Below, in pieces: positions 19,560 through 29,500 of a DNA stretch of 64,000 nucleotides; the stretch's first letter is position 1; each line of letters begins with the position of its first letter. Made by a program: the position numbers and the translations under genes. The stretch is from a virus (Duplodnaviria; Caudoviricetes), in IMG/VR virus record IMGVR_UViG_3300007770_000001; one strand, written 5' to 3'. Under the pieces are notes generated by a model. It searched no databases. It had not been told where the DNA came from and was given only the letters and a program-made list of their open reading frames with translations.

Positions 19560-20389
19560 CTCCGGGCATTTATTCCATCCTCAACACCCAGAATGGGAAG
19601 AGGTACGTCGGGAGATCCAAGAATATGGAGGCCCGGTGGCGAGGCCATGAACGTTCGCTGGTGGCGGGGTCTCATTGCAACAACCATCTCCAGAGGTCCT
19701 GGAACCTTTACGGATCCTCCACCTTTCAGTTTGAGATTCTTGAGGTAGTCCCGGATGCGATGACGCGGGCCCACAGGGAAGCGTTCTGGTGTGGCCACTT
19801 CGATACCCACAACCGAGACAAGGGCTACAATATCGGGGATGTCCGGACAGATGAAGGGTCGGTTTACGTTTCAGACGAAGTTCGTTTGAAACGTTCTGCA
19901 GCGCGGCTTGGGAAGACTATGTCGGCAGAGACGCGAAGGAAGATTTCGATCGCCAACAAGGGGCGAAAGAGGACATCTGAGGTTTGCGAGAGGATTCGGC
20001 AAGCACGTACCGGGACCAAGGCTTCCGAAGAAACCCGGAAGAAGATGTCCGTGTCTCGTAGGAAATGGAACCACAGCCCGGAGACAGTGGCGAAGATAGC
20101 TGACTCCAACCGAGGACAGAAGAGATCCCCTGCCATTTGCCAGGCTATGTCAGAAGCCCGAAAGGGGAGGCCTGGACGCCCTCACACCGCTGAGACCAAA
20201 GCCAAGATCTCAGAGAAACTCCAGGGGCAGAAGCGCACGCCGGAGCAGTGTGCGCGGATTTCCGTCTCGAAGCAGGGGCCTCGGAAACCGCATTCTGAGG
20301 AAACCCGGAACAAGATAGCGGCTTCTCTCAGAGCCTATTGGGCTCGGCGGAAGAGTTCCGACATCGTCAACAACCCAAGCTGCGCATAG
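19556..20389 (+). CDS. GIY-YIG homing endonuclease with NUMOD3 repeats
   Basis: GIYSILNTQNGKRYVGRS...RWRGH...FEILE...GYN; multiple NUMOD3-like units (MSAETRRKIS, SEETRKKMS, HSPETVAKIA, HTAETKAKIS, HSEETRNKIA). Confidence 0.92.
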   Translation: MTPGIYSILNTQNGKRYVGRSKNMEARWRGHERSLVAGSHCNNHLQRSWNLYGSSTFQFEILEVVPDAMTRAHREAFWCGHFDTHNRDKGYNIGDVRTDEGSVYVSDEVRLKRSAARLGKTMSAETRRKISIANKGRKRTSEVCERIRQARTGTKASEETRKKMSVSRRKWNHSPETVAKIADSNRGQKRSPAICQAMSEARKGRPGRPHTAETKAKISEKLQGQKRTPEQCARISVSKQGPRKPHSEETRNKIAASLRAYWARRKSSDIVNNPSCA

Positions 20390-20390
20390 A

Positions 20391-21848
20391 ATGGCTCACT
20401 CCAAGAAAGCATATGCGATGCTCACCCATCCCCGGATCACCGGGCGTGGTTGGGGCAAAATGCGTCGGAAGGCGACGTCCGGGGCTTCCTCGGCCAACCT
20501 GTCGGATCAGGCTCGTCTGATCCTCGGCGGGCCTCTGGATCCCGACAAGTACCTCTTCTCGCACTGCACCATCGTGGCGTCGGTGGATATCGATCCCGTC
20601 CCGGGTGTCCGTATGGGCACTGTCAAGGTAGGGAACTCGACCATTGACCGTCGCTATGGCGACTACTACATCAGGCCCACCAGTTCCCAGTATGTGAACA
20701 ACAACGGGGACTCTTGGTCTCGCCCAGTGCTGCTGGCCAGCTATCCGACCTTCGTCGGGGGCCACAACTTCCTCGAGCATGTCCAGGTTGCCTCCAAGTC
20801 CAAGGGCCGGATCATCGATGCGGTCGCTCGGGATGTTGGGGACTCGGTCTACATCGACATCCTGGTCGCGACCAATCGGAAGCATGCTTCCCTGATCTCG
20901 GACATCAAGTCCGGACGTCTCAACACCCTCTCGATGGGCTGTACCACCGACTTCACGATCTGCACCAAGTGCGGACACGTGGCGGTGGACGAGACCGACC
21001 TCTGCGACCACGTCAAGGTTGCCAAGCTCGACACCTTCCTCGACGAGCGGAACGAGCGTCGGATCATCGCCGAGCTCTGCGGCCACATCTCTCACAACGA
21101 GACGGGGGGTGTCAACTTCATCGAAGCCAGCTGGGTTGGGATCCCGGCTTTCACTGGCGCGGTGATGCGAAACATCCTGCAGATCGCCAACCTCGATGAG
21201 CGCGAGTCCGAGATTCGCCGGATCCTCGCCAGTCAAGGTCCCTCGTGGTCGGAGGCTGCCATGATGAAGGCAGCCAAGTTCGACCCCCAAAGGTTCCTGG
21301 TTGGACAAGGGGACGAGGACAACGAGGATCAAGAGCCAGAGCCAACCCCGGAGCCCGAGACCAAGGACACTCTCCAGAAGCTCGAAGATGACCTGGTTGA
21401 CCGAGTCAAGGACCGCGTGCAGGACCGCCTCCGCTCCGAGATGCGTTCCGATGAGGGTGACAAGACCCTTGGGGACTCCGACTGGCCCAATGACACTCTG
21501 AACAGGGAAGCCCGGACCCGGGTAGCCTCCAACACCCGCCGTCGCTACAAGATCGCGGTGGAAACGGCTCTCCGGCATGCGACCTCTCAGATCGCTCTCG
21601 TCGACTCGGTCGCTCGGATCAACATCGCCCACGATATCCGGATCCCCGTCTCCATCTATCGCGCCGCTCTCGAGGCTGGCTCCTCTTCTCGCTACGCTGG
21701 AACTCAGCAGTACGTGAATCGGATGCAGCACCTCCTGGGTCGCCGCATCAGTCCCGCCGAATTCCGGGTTGTTGTCCGGGTCGGCTCCCTGCTCTCCCAG
21801 TGGGAGCAATTCAACAACCCGCAGTCATCCTCCCCGAGGAGTTCCTAA
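20391..21848 (+). CDS. Prohead maturation protease
   Basis: NFLEH (His), IDILVA (Asp), LSMGC...CTKCGH (Ser plus Zn knuckle), FIEASWV; directly upstream of scaffold and capsid. Confidence 0.78.
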   Translation: MAHSKKAYAMLTHPRITGRGWGKMRRKATSGASSANLSDQARLILGGPLDPDKYLFSHCTIVASVDIDPVPGVRMGTVKVGNSTIDRRYGDYYIRPTSSQYVNNNGDSWSRPVLLASYPTFVGGHNFLEHVQVASKSKGRIIDAVARDVGDSVYIDILVATNRKHASLISDIKSGRLNTLSMGCTTDFTICTKCGHVAVDETDLCDHVKVAKLDTFLDERNERRIIAELCGHISHNETGGVNFIEASWVGIPAFTGAVMRNILQIANLDERESEIRRILASQGPSWSEAAMMKAAKFDPQRFLVGQGDEDNEDQEPEPTPEPETKDTLQKLEDDLVDRVKDRVQDRLRSEMRSDEGDKTLGDSDWPNDTLNREARTRVASNTRRRYKIAVETALRHATSQIALVDSVARINIAHDIRIPVSIYRAALEAGSSSRYAGTQQYVNRMQHLLGRRISPAEFRVVVRVGSLLSQWEQFNNPQSSSPRSS

Positions 21849-23020
21849 TGGCACGTCAGCGCCTCTCATGGATCGAGGAAGCTCGTCGAGCTTCCGCCCA
21901 CCCCGCAACCCCCGACGAGGGTCCGGCCTCTCCCGCAGGCAACGGTGAGGACCCCACCGCCGACGCCTACGAGAACGGCGACACCTCCTCGTGGGCCTCT
22001 GACCCGCACCCGCACCCCGGCCCCTACCCGGACAGCGCCCACCCCGCCACGCCCGACGAGGGCTCGGACCACCCGGCCGGCAAGTCCGCCTCCGACGAGA
22101 TCTCTCCCGAGACGAACCGTCGCGCCTCCCAGTGCGTCCGCATCGCGACCGCCATGCTCGGCGAGCCCGACAGCCCCGCCAAGGTCGCCGCCATCGAGGC
22201 GCAGGCCATCGAGCTGATGCACCTCCCCGACGCTTCCATCACCGCCAGCCTCAAGCGGCTCGGTCTGGACGGCGACGGTGAGGACGACACCGACAAGGAA
22301 GCCTCTTCCAAGATCTCCAAGAACACCGACCGGATCGCCCGGCTCGAGCGCGTTCTGATCCGCCTCGCCGACGACGACCTGGACGAGGAGGCCGCCACCA
22401 AGAAGGCTTCGGCTGAGCTGGAGACCCGCGTGGCGCGGCTCGAGCGCATCCTCGTCAAGCTGGCTGAGGAAGACGAGGATGACGACGGCGACCGGATCGC
22501 CCGGCTCGAGCGCGTTCTGATCCGCCTCGCCGAGGAGGAGGAGGAAGAGGACCCCGCCCCGAAGGCTGCCGCCACGGACAAGAAGGCCGACGACCTGCTC
22601 CTCGAGGAGATGCTCCGCGAAGAGGGGATGCTGGACAAGAAGGCCGACGACCTGCTCCTCGAGGAGATGCTCCGCGAAGAGGGGATGCTGGACGAGCCCT
22701 GCGGCATGGGTGAGCCCTCCATGGACGAGCCCTCCGGCGACACCGAGCTCGAGATCGATCTCGCTGAGGAGGATCCCATGACCATCCTCGCCGACGACGA
22801 CCTGGACGAGGAGGCCGCCACCGTGCTCGCCTCCCTGTACAGCGAGACCCCCGGCGCGAACCGCGAGGCCGCCACCGAGCCCGAGCGCCGGCCGCAGCCC
22901 AAGAAGGCGAGCACCGGTGCCTCCAGCCTCGGCAACGTCCGGACGGCGTCCAACGACTCCGACGTGGCTCAGCTCGAGAACCTGTGGAAGTCGGCTCCCG
23001 ACGTCTCCGCGCTCATCTGA
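21848..23020 (+). CDS. Capsid scaffolding protein
   Basis: TAATG coupling at 21846-21850; very acidic with coiled-coil repeats; amphipathic C-terminal tail DVAQLENLWKSAPDVSALI; lies between protease and capsid genes. Confidence 0.75.
   Translation: MARQRLSWIEEARRASAHPATPDEGPASPAGNGEDPTADAYENGDTSSWASDPHPHPGPYPDSAHPATPDEGSDHPAGKSASDEISPETNRRASQCVRIATAMLGEPDSPAKVAAIEAQAIELMHLPDASITASLKRLGLDGDGEDDTDKEASSKISKNTDRIARLERVLIRLADDDLDEEAATKKASAELETRVARLERILVKLAEEDEDDDGDRIARLERVLIRLAEEEEEEDPAPKAAATDKKADDLLLEEMLREEGMLDKKADDLLLEEMLREEGMLDEPCGMGEPSMDEPSGDTELEIDLAEEDPMTILADDDLDEEAATVLASLYSETPGANREAATEPERRPQPKKASTGASSLGNVRTASNDSDVAQLENLWKSAPDVSALI
22328..22533 (+). repeat. 44-bp direct repeat (DRIARLERVLIRLA) at 22328-22371 and 22490-22533
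   Basis: Identical nucleotide copies; a diverged third unit (TRVARLERILVKLA) lies between them. Confidence 0.85.
22576..22693 (+). repeat. 57-bp tandem duplication (DKKADDLLLEEMLREEGML x2)
   Basis: Identical units starting at 22576 and 22633. Confidence 0.9.
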
Positions 23021-23046
23021 TCGGATCAGGCCACAGAGCCTGATAG

Positions 23047-23088
23047 CTGGCCCGTGGAAGTCCAATCCACGGGCCAGTTCTGTTTTTT
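23047..23088 (+). terminator. Rho-independent terminator after the scaffold gene
   Basis: 12-bp stem CTGGCCCGTGGA/TCCACGGGCCAG, 7-nt loop, followed by TTCTGTTTTTT. Confidence 0.85.
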
Positions 23089-23235
23089 AGATGCTGGAGG
23101 ACTTCTTTTTCCTTCAGACTCCCAATACCGGATTTATATCCGTCCCTGAAGGTGGAGCTACTGGCTCTGGCGAAGGGTGGGTCCTCCCCCCAAGCCTCCT
23201 CAACCACTCTCTGTGAACAATGAGCAGGAGAACAA

Positions 23236-23892
23236 ATGCCTCTGCTTGGACAGGCGAGCGGTGGATGGACCGAGTCTTCCTCTGCCCTTCGGATTCTGCA
23301 CGTCGGCGTGCGGAACACGGTGGGTCAGCTGGCGGCCGATGCCTTCACCCAGACCAACCCTCCCAACCTGACCACCTCCAGCACCGTGTCGACCAACGTT
23401 GACACCGCCGTGCTGGGCGTCCTCTCCGGATCCGTGGCGTTCACCCGCCCCGACGAGGGCGACAACTACATCGGCGGCCCGTCCGAGGCCGGCTCCGCGC
23501 ACGACGCGTTCAACACGTCGCCGCTGGGCCTGTTCATCAACACCGCCGTCGGCAACAGCTTCGAGAACCAGCCGGGTGTGGCCTCCAACAAGGGCCCCTA
23601 CACCTCGGCGCAGGGAACCCACGCGTCCCAGCTGTTCGAGACGCAGGCTGCCGCTTCCACCGGTGCCTACACCATCGGTGACGACCTGACCTACACCGCC
23701 GGCATGGGCCTGATGGCCAGCCGCAACGGCTACCTCGTGCCGACGCACGACTCCGCCGTGGCTGCTCTCAACGCCACCGCCGCCTGGTCTTCCGAGGTCA
23801 CCAACGGTCGCACCACCGCCACCACCCTCGCTGTCCTCAAGATGCCCTCGGACTCTACGCAGGCCGAGATCGTCTTCGACCAGCGCGTCTGA
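23236..23892 (+). CDS. Capsid decoration/cement-like protein
   Basis: Immediately upstream of the major capsid gene; CAGGAG RBS; extreme high-expression codon bias; beta-rich. Confidence 0.6.
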   Translation: MPLLGQASGGWTESSSALRILHVGVRNTVGQLAADAFTQTNPPNLTTSSTVSTNVDTAVLGVLSGSVAFTRPDEGDNYIGGPSEAGSAHDAFNTSPLGLFINTAVGNSFENQPGVASNKGPYTSAQGTHASQLFETQAAASTGAYTIGDDLTYTAGMGLMASRNGYLVPTHDSAVAALNATAAWSSEVTNGRTTATTLAVLKMPSDSTQAEIVFDQRV

Positions 23893-23904
23893 GGAGGGAC
23901 TACA

Positions 23905-24777
23905 ATGCCCGCAACCAACGCAGTCAAGGCTCGCCTCATCAGCGAGTTCATCGGCACCCAGGCTGGCCGTCACAAGCTCGCCGCGTCGATGACCCAGCCC
24001 CTCCGGCTCCGCCGGGACTACATGGCCGTCGGCCGGAAGACCTTCCTCGTGGAAGAGCTCCCGGATGGCGCGCTGCCCATCTACGACAAGGATCCGGACG
24101 TCACCGCGTACCTGGTCGGTGAGGAAGGCGAGAACATCGTCGCCGTCACCAAGCCCCGGCGCGTGTCCTTCCCGCTGTTCGAGATCGCCTCGAACCCGGA
24201 GATCCCGCTGACGCAGATCAAGGAGCGCCGCTTCGACCTCATCGAGCGCGCCCAGGACCTGGCCCGTGCCCAGATCCAGGCCGCCGAGGACGAGCGCGTC
24301 TTCGCGATCATGGACTCGATCGCCACCAACGGCTTCGACTCCATCGCCGGTGGTGAGAACCCCGACATCCCCGTCGTCGCCCCGATCTCCGGCGCTGTCC
24401 TCGCGGACGCCTTCGCCGCGGTCGAGCAGCACGACCTCCGGGTGGCCCGGGTGTTCATGAACGCCGTCGACTACGCGGACATCCGCAAGTTCGGCCGGGA
24501 CATCCTCGACGTCGAGACCCAGCGCGACCTCATCCAGACCGGCCTCATGGGTCGCCTCTGGGGTGCCAGCGTCATCGTCAGCCGCCTCGTGCCGGCCGGA
24601 TTCGTCTACATCTGCTGCGAGCCCGAGAACTTCGGTCGGATTCCGGTCCGTACCGAGCTCACGGTCCTCAGCGCCGACGACCCGCGCGCCCGCACCATTG
24701 GCTTCAGCGTTTTCGAAAACTTGGGCATCGGGGCCTTCAACCCCAAGGGCCTCTGCCGCCTGACGATCGCACGGTAG
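23905..24777 (+). CDS. Major capsid protein (HK97 fold)
   Basis: 290 aa, GAGGAGG RBS, strongest codon bias, follows protease and scaffold; HK97-like QIQAAEDERVF and ARVFMNAVDYADI segments. Confidence 0.85.
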   Translation: MPATNAVKARLISEFIGTQAGRHKLAASMTQPLRLRRDYMAVGRKTFLVEELPDGALPIYDKDPDVTAYLVGEEGENIVAVTKPRRVSFPLFEIASNPEIPLTQIKERRFDLIERAQDLARAQIQAAEDERVFAIMDSIATNGFDSIAGGENPDIPVVAPISGAVLADAFAAVEQHDLRVARVFMNAVDYADIRKFGRDILDVETQRDLIQTGLMGRLWGASVIVSRLVPAGFVYICCEPENFGRIPVRTELTVLSADDPRARTIGFSVFENLGIGAFNPKGLCRLTIAR

Positions 24778-24801
24778 TCCAGGCTCTGCCTGGCCGCCGT
24801 C

Positions 24802-24829
24802 ATGGCCGCCCCCTCTCCGGGGCGGCCAT
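24802..24829 (+). terminator. 11-bp GC-rich hairpin after the major capsid gene (terminator or mRNA stabiliser; no U tract)
   Basis: ATGGCCGCCCC-CTCTCC-GGGGCGGCCAT. Confidence 0.6.
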
Positions 24830-24881
24830 AGCTGTGTTGGGCATTGTGGGATCAAGCGGTAACTCCAACCCTGGAGCTACC

Positions 24882-25679
24882 ATGCCCACTACCCATTGCC
24901 TCCCTCCTGAGTTCCCTGCGGGGTTGGATCTCTTCATCGTCTTCACGGACGGGACGGAGATCCATACGCAGACCACGGGGAGGAAGTCTGGGATCCCTGG
25001 CTTCGCGACTACCCACTCTCTACGCCCGAAGACGTTCGACTATGGGGGGTCCTCCTGGGAGACGGGAGATCTGGTGATCCCTCTTGATCGGAGGGAGTTC
25101 TACCTCACCGTCTACGCTGGGAAGGAATCCAGAGTCCCCCAGCGTAGAGAGATCGCAGAGATGTGGGTCGACGGACGCCACGCCATCAGCCAGTACCCCG
25201 TCACAATCGAGGAGCGGGAGGGGGAATCCGGTCGGGAGTTCCGCATCATCTCCCTTCGACGAACCCTGGTGGGAGATTGGACACCTATCGACCAGATCGC
25301 CTTCTCCGGCGGGAAGCCTGAGTACTACGGGATCTCTCTGGGAGGGGCCCCTCCCATCCTCCTGCAGAAGGTCTCCGACACACGGGCGATCCCCGAGAGA
25401 TCCTCTGAAGAACTCCCGTTGGCGGTCCGGGTTCGGGTCCTCCCTATCGGCGCTATCGTCAATGTCAAGACCGAGGCCAAGACTGTGAGAGGCCAGATCG
25501 TCGATGGCTCCACTGACGCAGACGAGATCTACCTCTCTGTGGTGGTAGGGGGATTCCCTCGGGTGTTCTCTCTGGTGATCGACATCGAGGTAGTCCGACT
25601 CTCCTACAAAGCGGAGGACCTCGAAACCGTGATGGAGATCCAGCTCATCGAACTCCCTCCCGAGATGGAGGTCCAGTAG
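24882..25679 (+). CDS. Hypothetical protein
   Basis: ATG 24882 after GGAG; coupled to the next gene. Confidence 0.6.
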   Translation: MPTTHCLPPEFPAGLDLFIVFTDGTEIHTQTTGRKSGIPGFATTHSLRPKTFDYGGSSWETGDLVIPLDRREFYLTVYAGKESRVPQRREIAEMWVDGRHAISQYPVTIEEREGESGREFRIISLRRTLVGDWTPIDQIAFSGGKPEYYGISLGGAPPILLQKVSDTRAIPERSSEELPLAVRVRVLPIGAIVNVKTEAKTVRGQIVDGSTDADEIYLSVVVGGFPRVFSLVIDIEVVRLSYKAEDLETVMEIQLIELPPEMEVQ

Positions 25680-26150
25680 ATGGCCATGCTCTGGTTGACC
25701 AAGCCTTCTCACGGGTTCGGCCGGATCACGTACCTCCGTCTGGGCTGGCGTGGGATTCTCGAGGTCTGTCACGACAAGCTGATCATAGAAGAACAGGAGT
25801 ACATGGAGCGGTGGTACTTCCGCACCTTCCTGTTCCAGATACGGCTCCACAAGATCCTGGCCTCAGACGACCCCAAGCGCCCCCTACACGATCATGCGGT
25901 GGGGATGGTATCCCTCATCCTCAAGGGATCCTACAGGGAGGAGACTCCCGAAGGGGACTCTTTCTTCAAGGCTCCTGCGATCAACGTGATTCCGGCGGCT
26001 CGTCCTCACCGGCTCACTCTCGGGCATACTCCGGTCTGGACTCTGGTCCTCACCGGCCGAGCAGTTCGGGAGTGGGGGTTCCTAACCCGCCAGGGCTGGA
26101 TGCATCACGAGCGGTTCTTCGAGAGCCTGGCGGACTCCGAACCTACATAG
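25680..26150 (+). CDS. Cupin-like protein
   Basis: LHKILASD...LHDH...SLILKGSYREET...PHRL...WTLVLTG...REWGF, a His-rich cupin pattern common in phages. Confidence 0.65.
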   Translation: MAMLWLTKPSHGFGRITYLRLGWRGILEVCHDKLIIEEQEYMERWYFRTFLFQIRLHKILASDDPKRPLHDHAVGMVSLILKGSYREETPEGDSFFKAPAINVIPAARPHRLTLGHTPVWTLVLTGRAVREWGFLTRQGWMHHERFFESLADSEPT

Positions 26151-26532
26151 GGTGTCCGTTCAAGTCTTCCTGATCCCAGGGCAGCCTCTTCAAGAGAGTG
26201 AACCCGTGCGCTTCTGCCATAGCACGGGCCTCGTTGAGAGCCTCCCTGCTGGTATCGAAGGGACCGATCTCTGTCTCGGCGGGGTCTTGGATGAACCACT
26301 TATCCCCGTCGGAGAACACCTCGAACTCGCTCAAGGCATTGGGGTTGGCGGGGGCCAAGCTTGACACGGACTCTCGGAAGGCGTAGAACTTCCATCCGTT
26401 GTCTACCTTGACCGGAGGGAGTAGGGGCTTGAAGACCTTCCCCCTGTCCCGGCGGAGGCTCTCCCTCTCCATGATTGCCCTGTTTGTGGGGTCGTCCAAC
26501 AGGGCTGCCATCATTTGGTATCTCTGTGACAT
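26143..26532 (-). CDS. Hypothetical protein, probably leaderless
   Basis: GGTAGAGT ends 5 nt before the ATG on the minus strand; no RBS. Confidence 0.6.
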   Translation of the reverse strand: MSQRYQMMAALLDDPTNRAIMERESLRRDRGKVFKPLLPPVKVDNGWKFYAFRESVSSLAPANPNALSEFEVFSDGDKWFIQDPAETEIGPFDTSREALNEARAMAEAHGFTLLKRLPWDQEDLNGHPM

Positions 26533-26598
26533 GTAGTACTCTACCGAGAAGGGAAGCGGTTGCTGGCCTATTCAGGAGCCCTCCCAGAAGGGGTCATC

Positions 26599-29500
26599 GT
26601 GGCTGCGAGAATCCAAAGTCTCCGGAATGGTGGAAGTGCCGTAGATGAAGCCAGTCGGGATGACTTGGTCGCTACGGACGTTGTAGTTGTGTCCTCTCTG
26701 GACTCAGCCACGACCTACAACTGGACTCTCGTGTTCGTTCCAGAGGGCTCTGCCGCAACGTTCTCGGGAACCACCACTGCGGTAAGTCCCGGCTCGTTCA
26801 CGGTTGACATCCCCGGCCCGTACCTCGTGCGACTTGTCGTAGATTCGGGACTCCCAACTGAGGACACACAGTACGTCCGGCTCCGAGCACTCACCGAAGA
26901 GTTGGGCCTCACACTGGTCGCAGCTGGCGAGCGTCGTGACGGCACCGGCACCATCCCGGTAGATGTGGATCCTGAGGGTTGGGCGAACGAGCAGAACGCC
27001 AATCTGAAGGCTCTTGAGACTGCGGTCACCCTCGCCTCGAGCCCTGGAGTCCCTGAGTTCGTGTTCCGTCCCGGAGGCACCCAGACAGGGAACATCTTCA
27101 CGGACTTCGCTGACCTGTACGCTGCGCTGACCGCAGCGGAGGGGAAGAAGCGTCTCGTCTTCGACAACTCCATCTCCTCGCCTTGCACGATCCCTGCGGG
27201 GGCCTACGATTTCGCGGATACGACCTGGGTGGGCGTGGGCTTCGGCGTCCTCCTTCCGGCTTTTGAGGCCCAGCCGCGCGTCGAGTTCGCCAACGGGGTG
27301 GCGATCACGAACCTGACTCGGATCCAGCACCTTCTGATTGCGATGACTGCGGGAGTGTCTACTCCAATCACCTTCTCGGGGGTGGTACACATCCTGCAGA
27401 TCCGGCTGAGCAAGCTCCTGTCGGAGGCTGGCGCCAACCCGCTGTTCGTGTTCTCGGGTGCCGGAGCGCACCTGATGGATCTCACCCAGACGGTTCTGGG
27501 CGGGAGTAGTCAGGAGGTCATCGACCTACAAGGTACGGTGAGCCTGGGATTCAATCTTCAGGTCCGAAGCCTCATCCAGACTGACGCGATCTCCGGGGCG
27601 GCGGGGACGTCTCTGTCTAAGACACTGGACGCGTCATCCAGTGTCGCCACCTTGTCGGCTTTCTCCGGAACCGACGCGGGCGACACCTTCATGGACGAGG
27701 CCGAACGGGTTGGCTTCGACGACTCAGGTCTCCAGCACATCTCCGCAGACGATGTTCAGAAAGCGATCGAGGACATCGATGTCGCCATCGATGACCCGGC
27801 GGGTCTGATCACCGTAGCAACTGCAGGTGCAGACCACACCACCATCGAAGCGGCGCTGGCCGAAGCTGCGGGAGTGGCGTCCCCCAGCAATCGTATCCTG
27901 GTCGAGATCTACCCTGGCGACTACTCAGAGAACAACCCGCTCACGATCCCCGCCTACGTCAGTGTCAACTGTCCGGGCCGACACGCGGTCACTCGGCTCA
28001 TTTGCCAGAACTCGGGAGCGGGGCAGCACGGCTTGGTCCTGACCAACGACACCGATGTCGTTGGTATTCAGATCCAGGGAGCTTCCGGATCGGGTGCAGC
28101 GGGATTCCACTTTCCCGCCGCAGCGGCGGATATCGAGCTCCAGGACTGCAGGATTCAGGACTGCGACATCGGTTGGCTGAGCGAGGCTTCCGCGAACAGT
28201 CCGGGCATCAGCGTCAGGACCCCGTTTATCACTGCAGGGACGACTTCCAGCGCCTTCAAGTGCTCTGCAGGCGGCTTGATGAACGTGGAGGGGGCTCTGG
28301 TTCTGGCTGCCGCCACTGTAGGCAAGGTGTTCCACAGCGATGGGGCGAACTCTACCCTCCGAGCTTCGGGCTGTCGAACCAATGGGGACCTGACGACCCA
28401 CGCCTGCTACGTCGAGAACACCGGCGAAATGCAGCTCTTCGCGAACTACCACAATGGTGTGGCAACGGGTGTTGAGATCACCGCAACGGGGGGGACCCTG
28501 GAGTCTTCGGGCTGCACCTTCATCACAACCGGGAGCAGCATCGTACTGGCCGATACGGCGCTGGCTTCCCTGACTGTTCGGGGCGTGTCGCTGGACAGCT
28601 CCACTTTTAGTCTCGGGGCTGCCGCTACCTTCGCAGGGAGCTTCACGGACACGGGGTCCGTATTCCCTGGCTTCAACGCTATCGAGGAGCTCTGGGCCGG
28701 CGCCACGACCATCGAGCGCGTCCCTCTCGCCACCTACACCCGCGAGACTGCGGCGACTGCTTGGGTCGAGGGCGGGTTGGTTACCATCAACTCTGGATTC
28801 ACCCTGGACGTGGCGGCGGGGAAAGGGTTCGTCAACACGGGGACTGGAGTTGTCTACGTAGTATGGAGCGGGCAGCAGGTCATCGCTTCGGCGGATAGCG
28901 ACTTCTACGTCTATGTGGATTCAGCGGGGACTGCTTCCCTGGCTGGTACCACCCCGGACCTCGAGACCAACGTCCTTCTCGCGGCAGGGCGTACCGATGA
29001 CTCTGTCGTTGCCTTCCTGTCGCGTAACATCGTCCCCTCTCAGTTCCTCCGTTTGCGGCGTCATGAGTGGGTGGCGACAGCTGTGGGGTCTGTTTGGATC
29101 ACCGGGCTGGCCGTCACAGAGTACTCAGGACCCAGTCTGCAGTTCCAGGTAGGGGCGGGCAGGTTCTACCAAGGGGATGTCGAGTACACAGCTTCTGCTT
29201 CCGCCACTCCCTGCGTGTTCAACTACTGGTATCGGGACGGGGCGACTTGGGATGTCACGGTCGCCGCCACTGCTCTGGACGCTACCAACTACGATCCCGC
29301 CGGGTCCGGGCTCTCTCCGATCACTGCAGGTCAGTGGGTCAAGTGCGCGGTCTACGTCAATATCAACGAAGGCACGACCTATTGGCATGTCGTGTACGCG
29401 CAGGCGGAGTACGCCTCTCAAGTGGCGGCTGAAGGGGCTTCTCTGGCGGTCCCTCCGGAGATCTTCAACGCCAACGCTCTTCCTCTGGCAGCTTTCGTCT

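Noticed and set aside
19556-20389. Group I intron or intein hosting the endonucleases
   Set aside because: There is almost no non-coding space for a ribozyme core, no intein splice residues are evident, and the host genes are already complete through the recoded 3' copies.
22328-22693. CRISPR-like or regulatory repeat array
   Set aside because: The repeats are in-frame coding duplications in the scaffold. I saw no repeat-spacer array anywhere in the window.
23020-23236. tRNA or known structured ncRNA in the largest intergenic gap
   Set aside because: No cloverleaf or T-loop signature was seen; the terminator, promoter-like element and leader account for the space.
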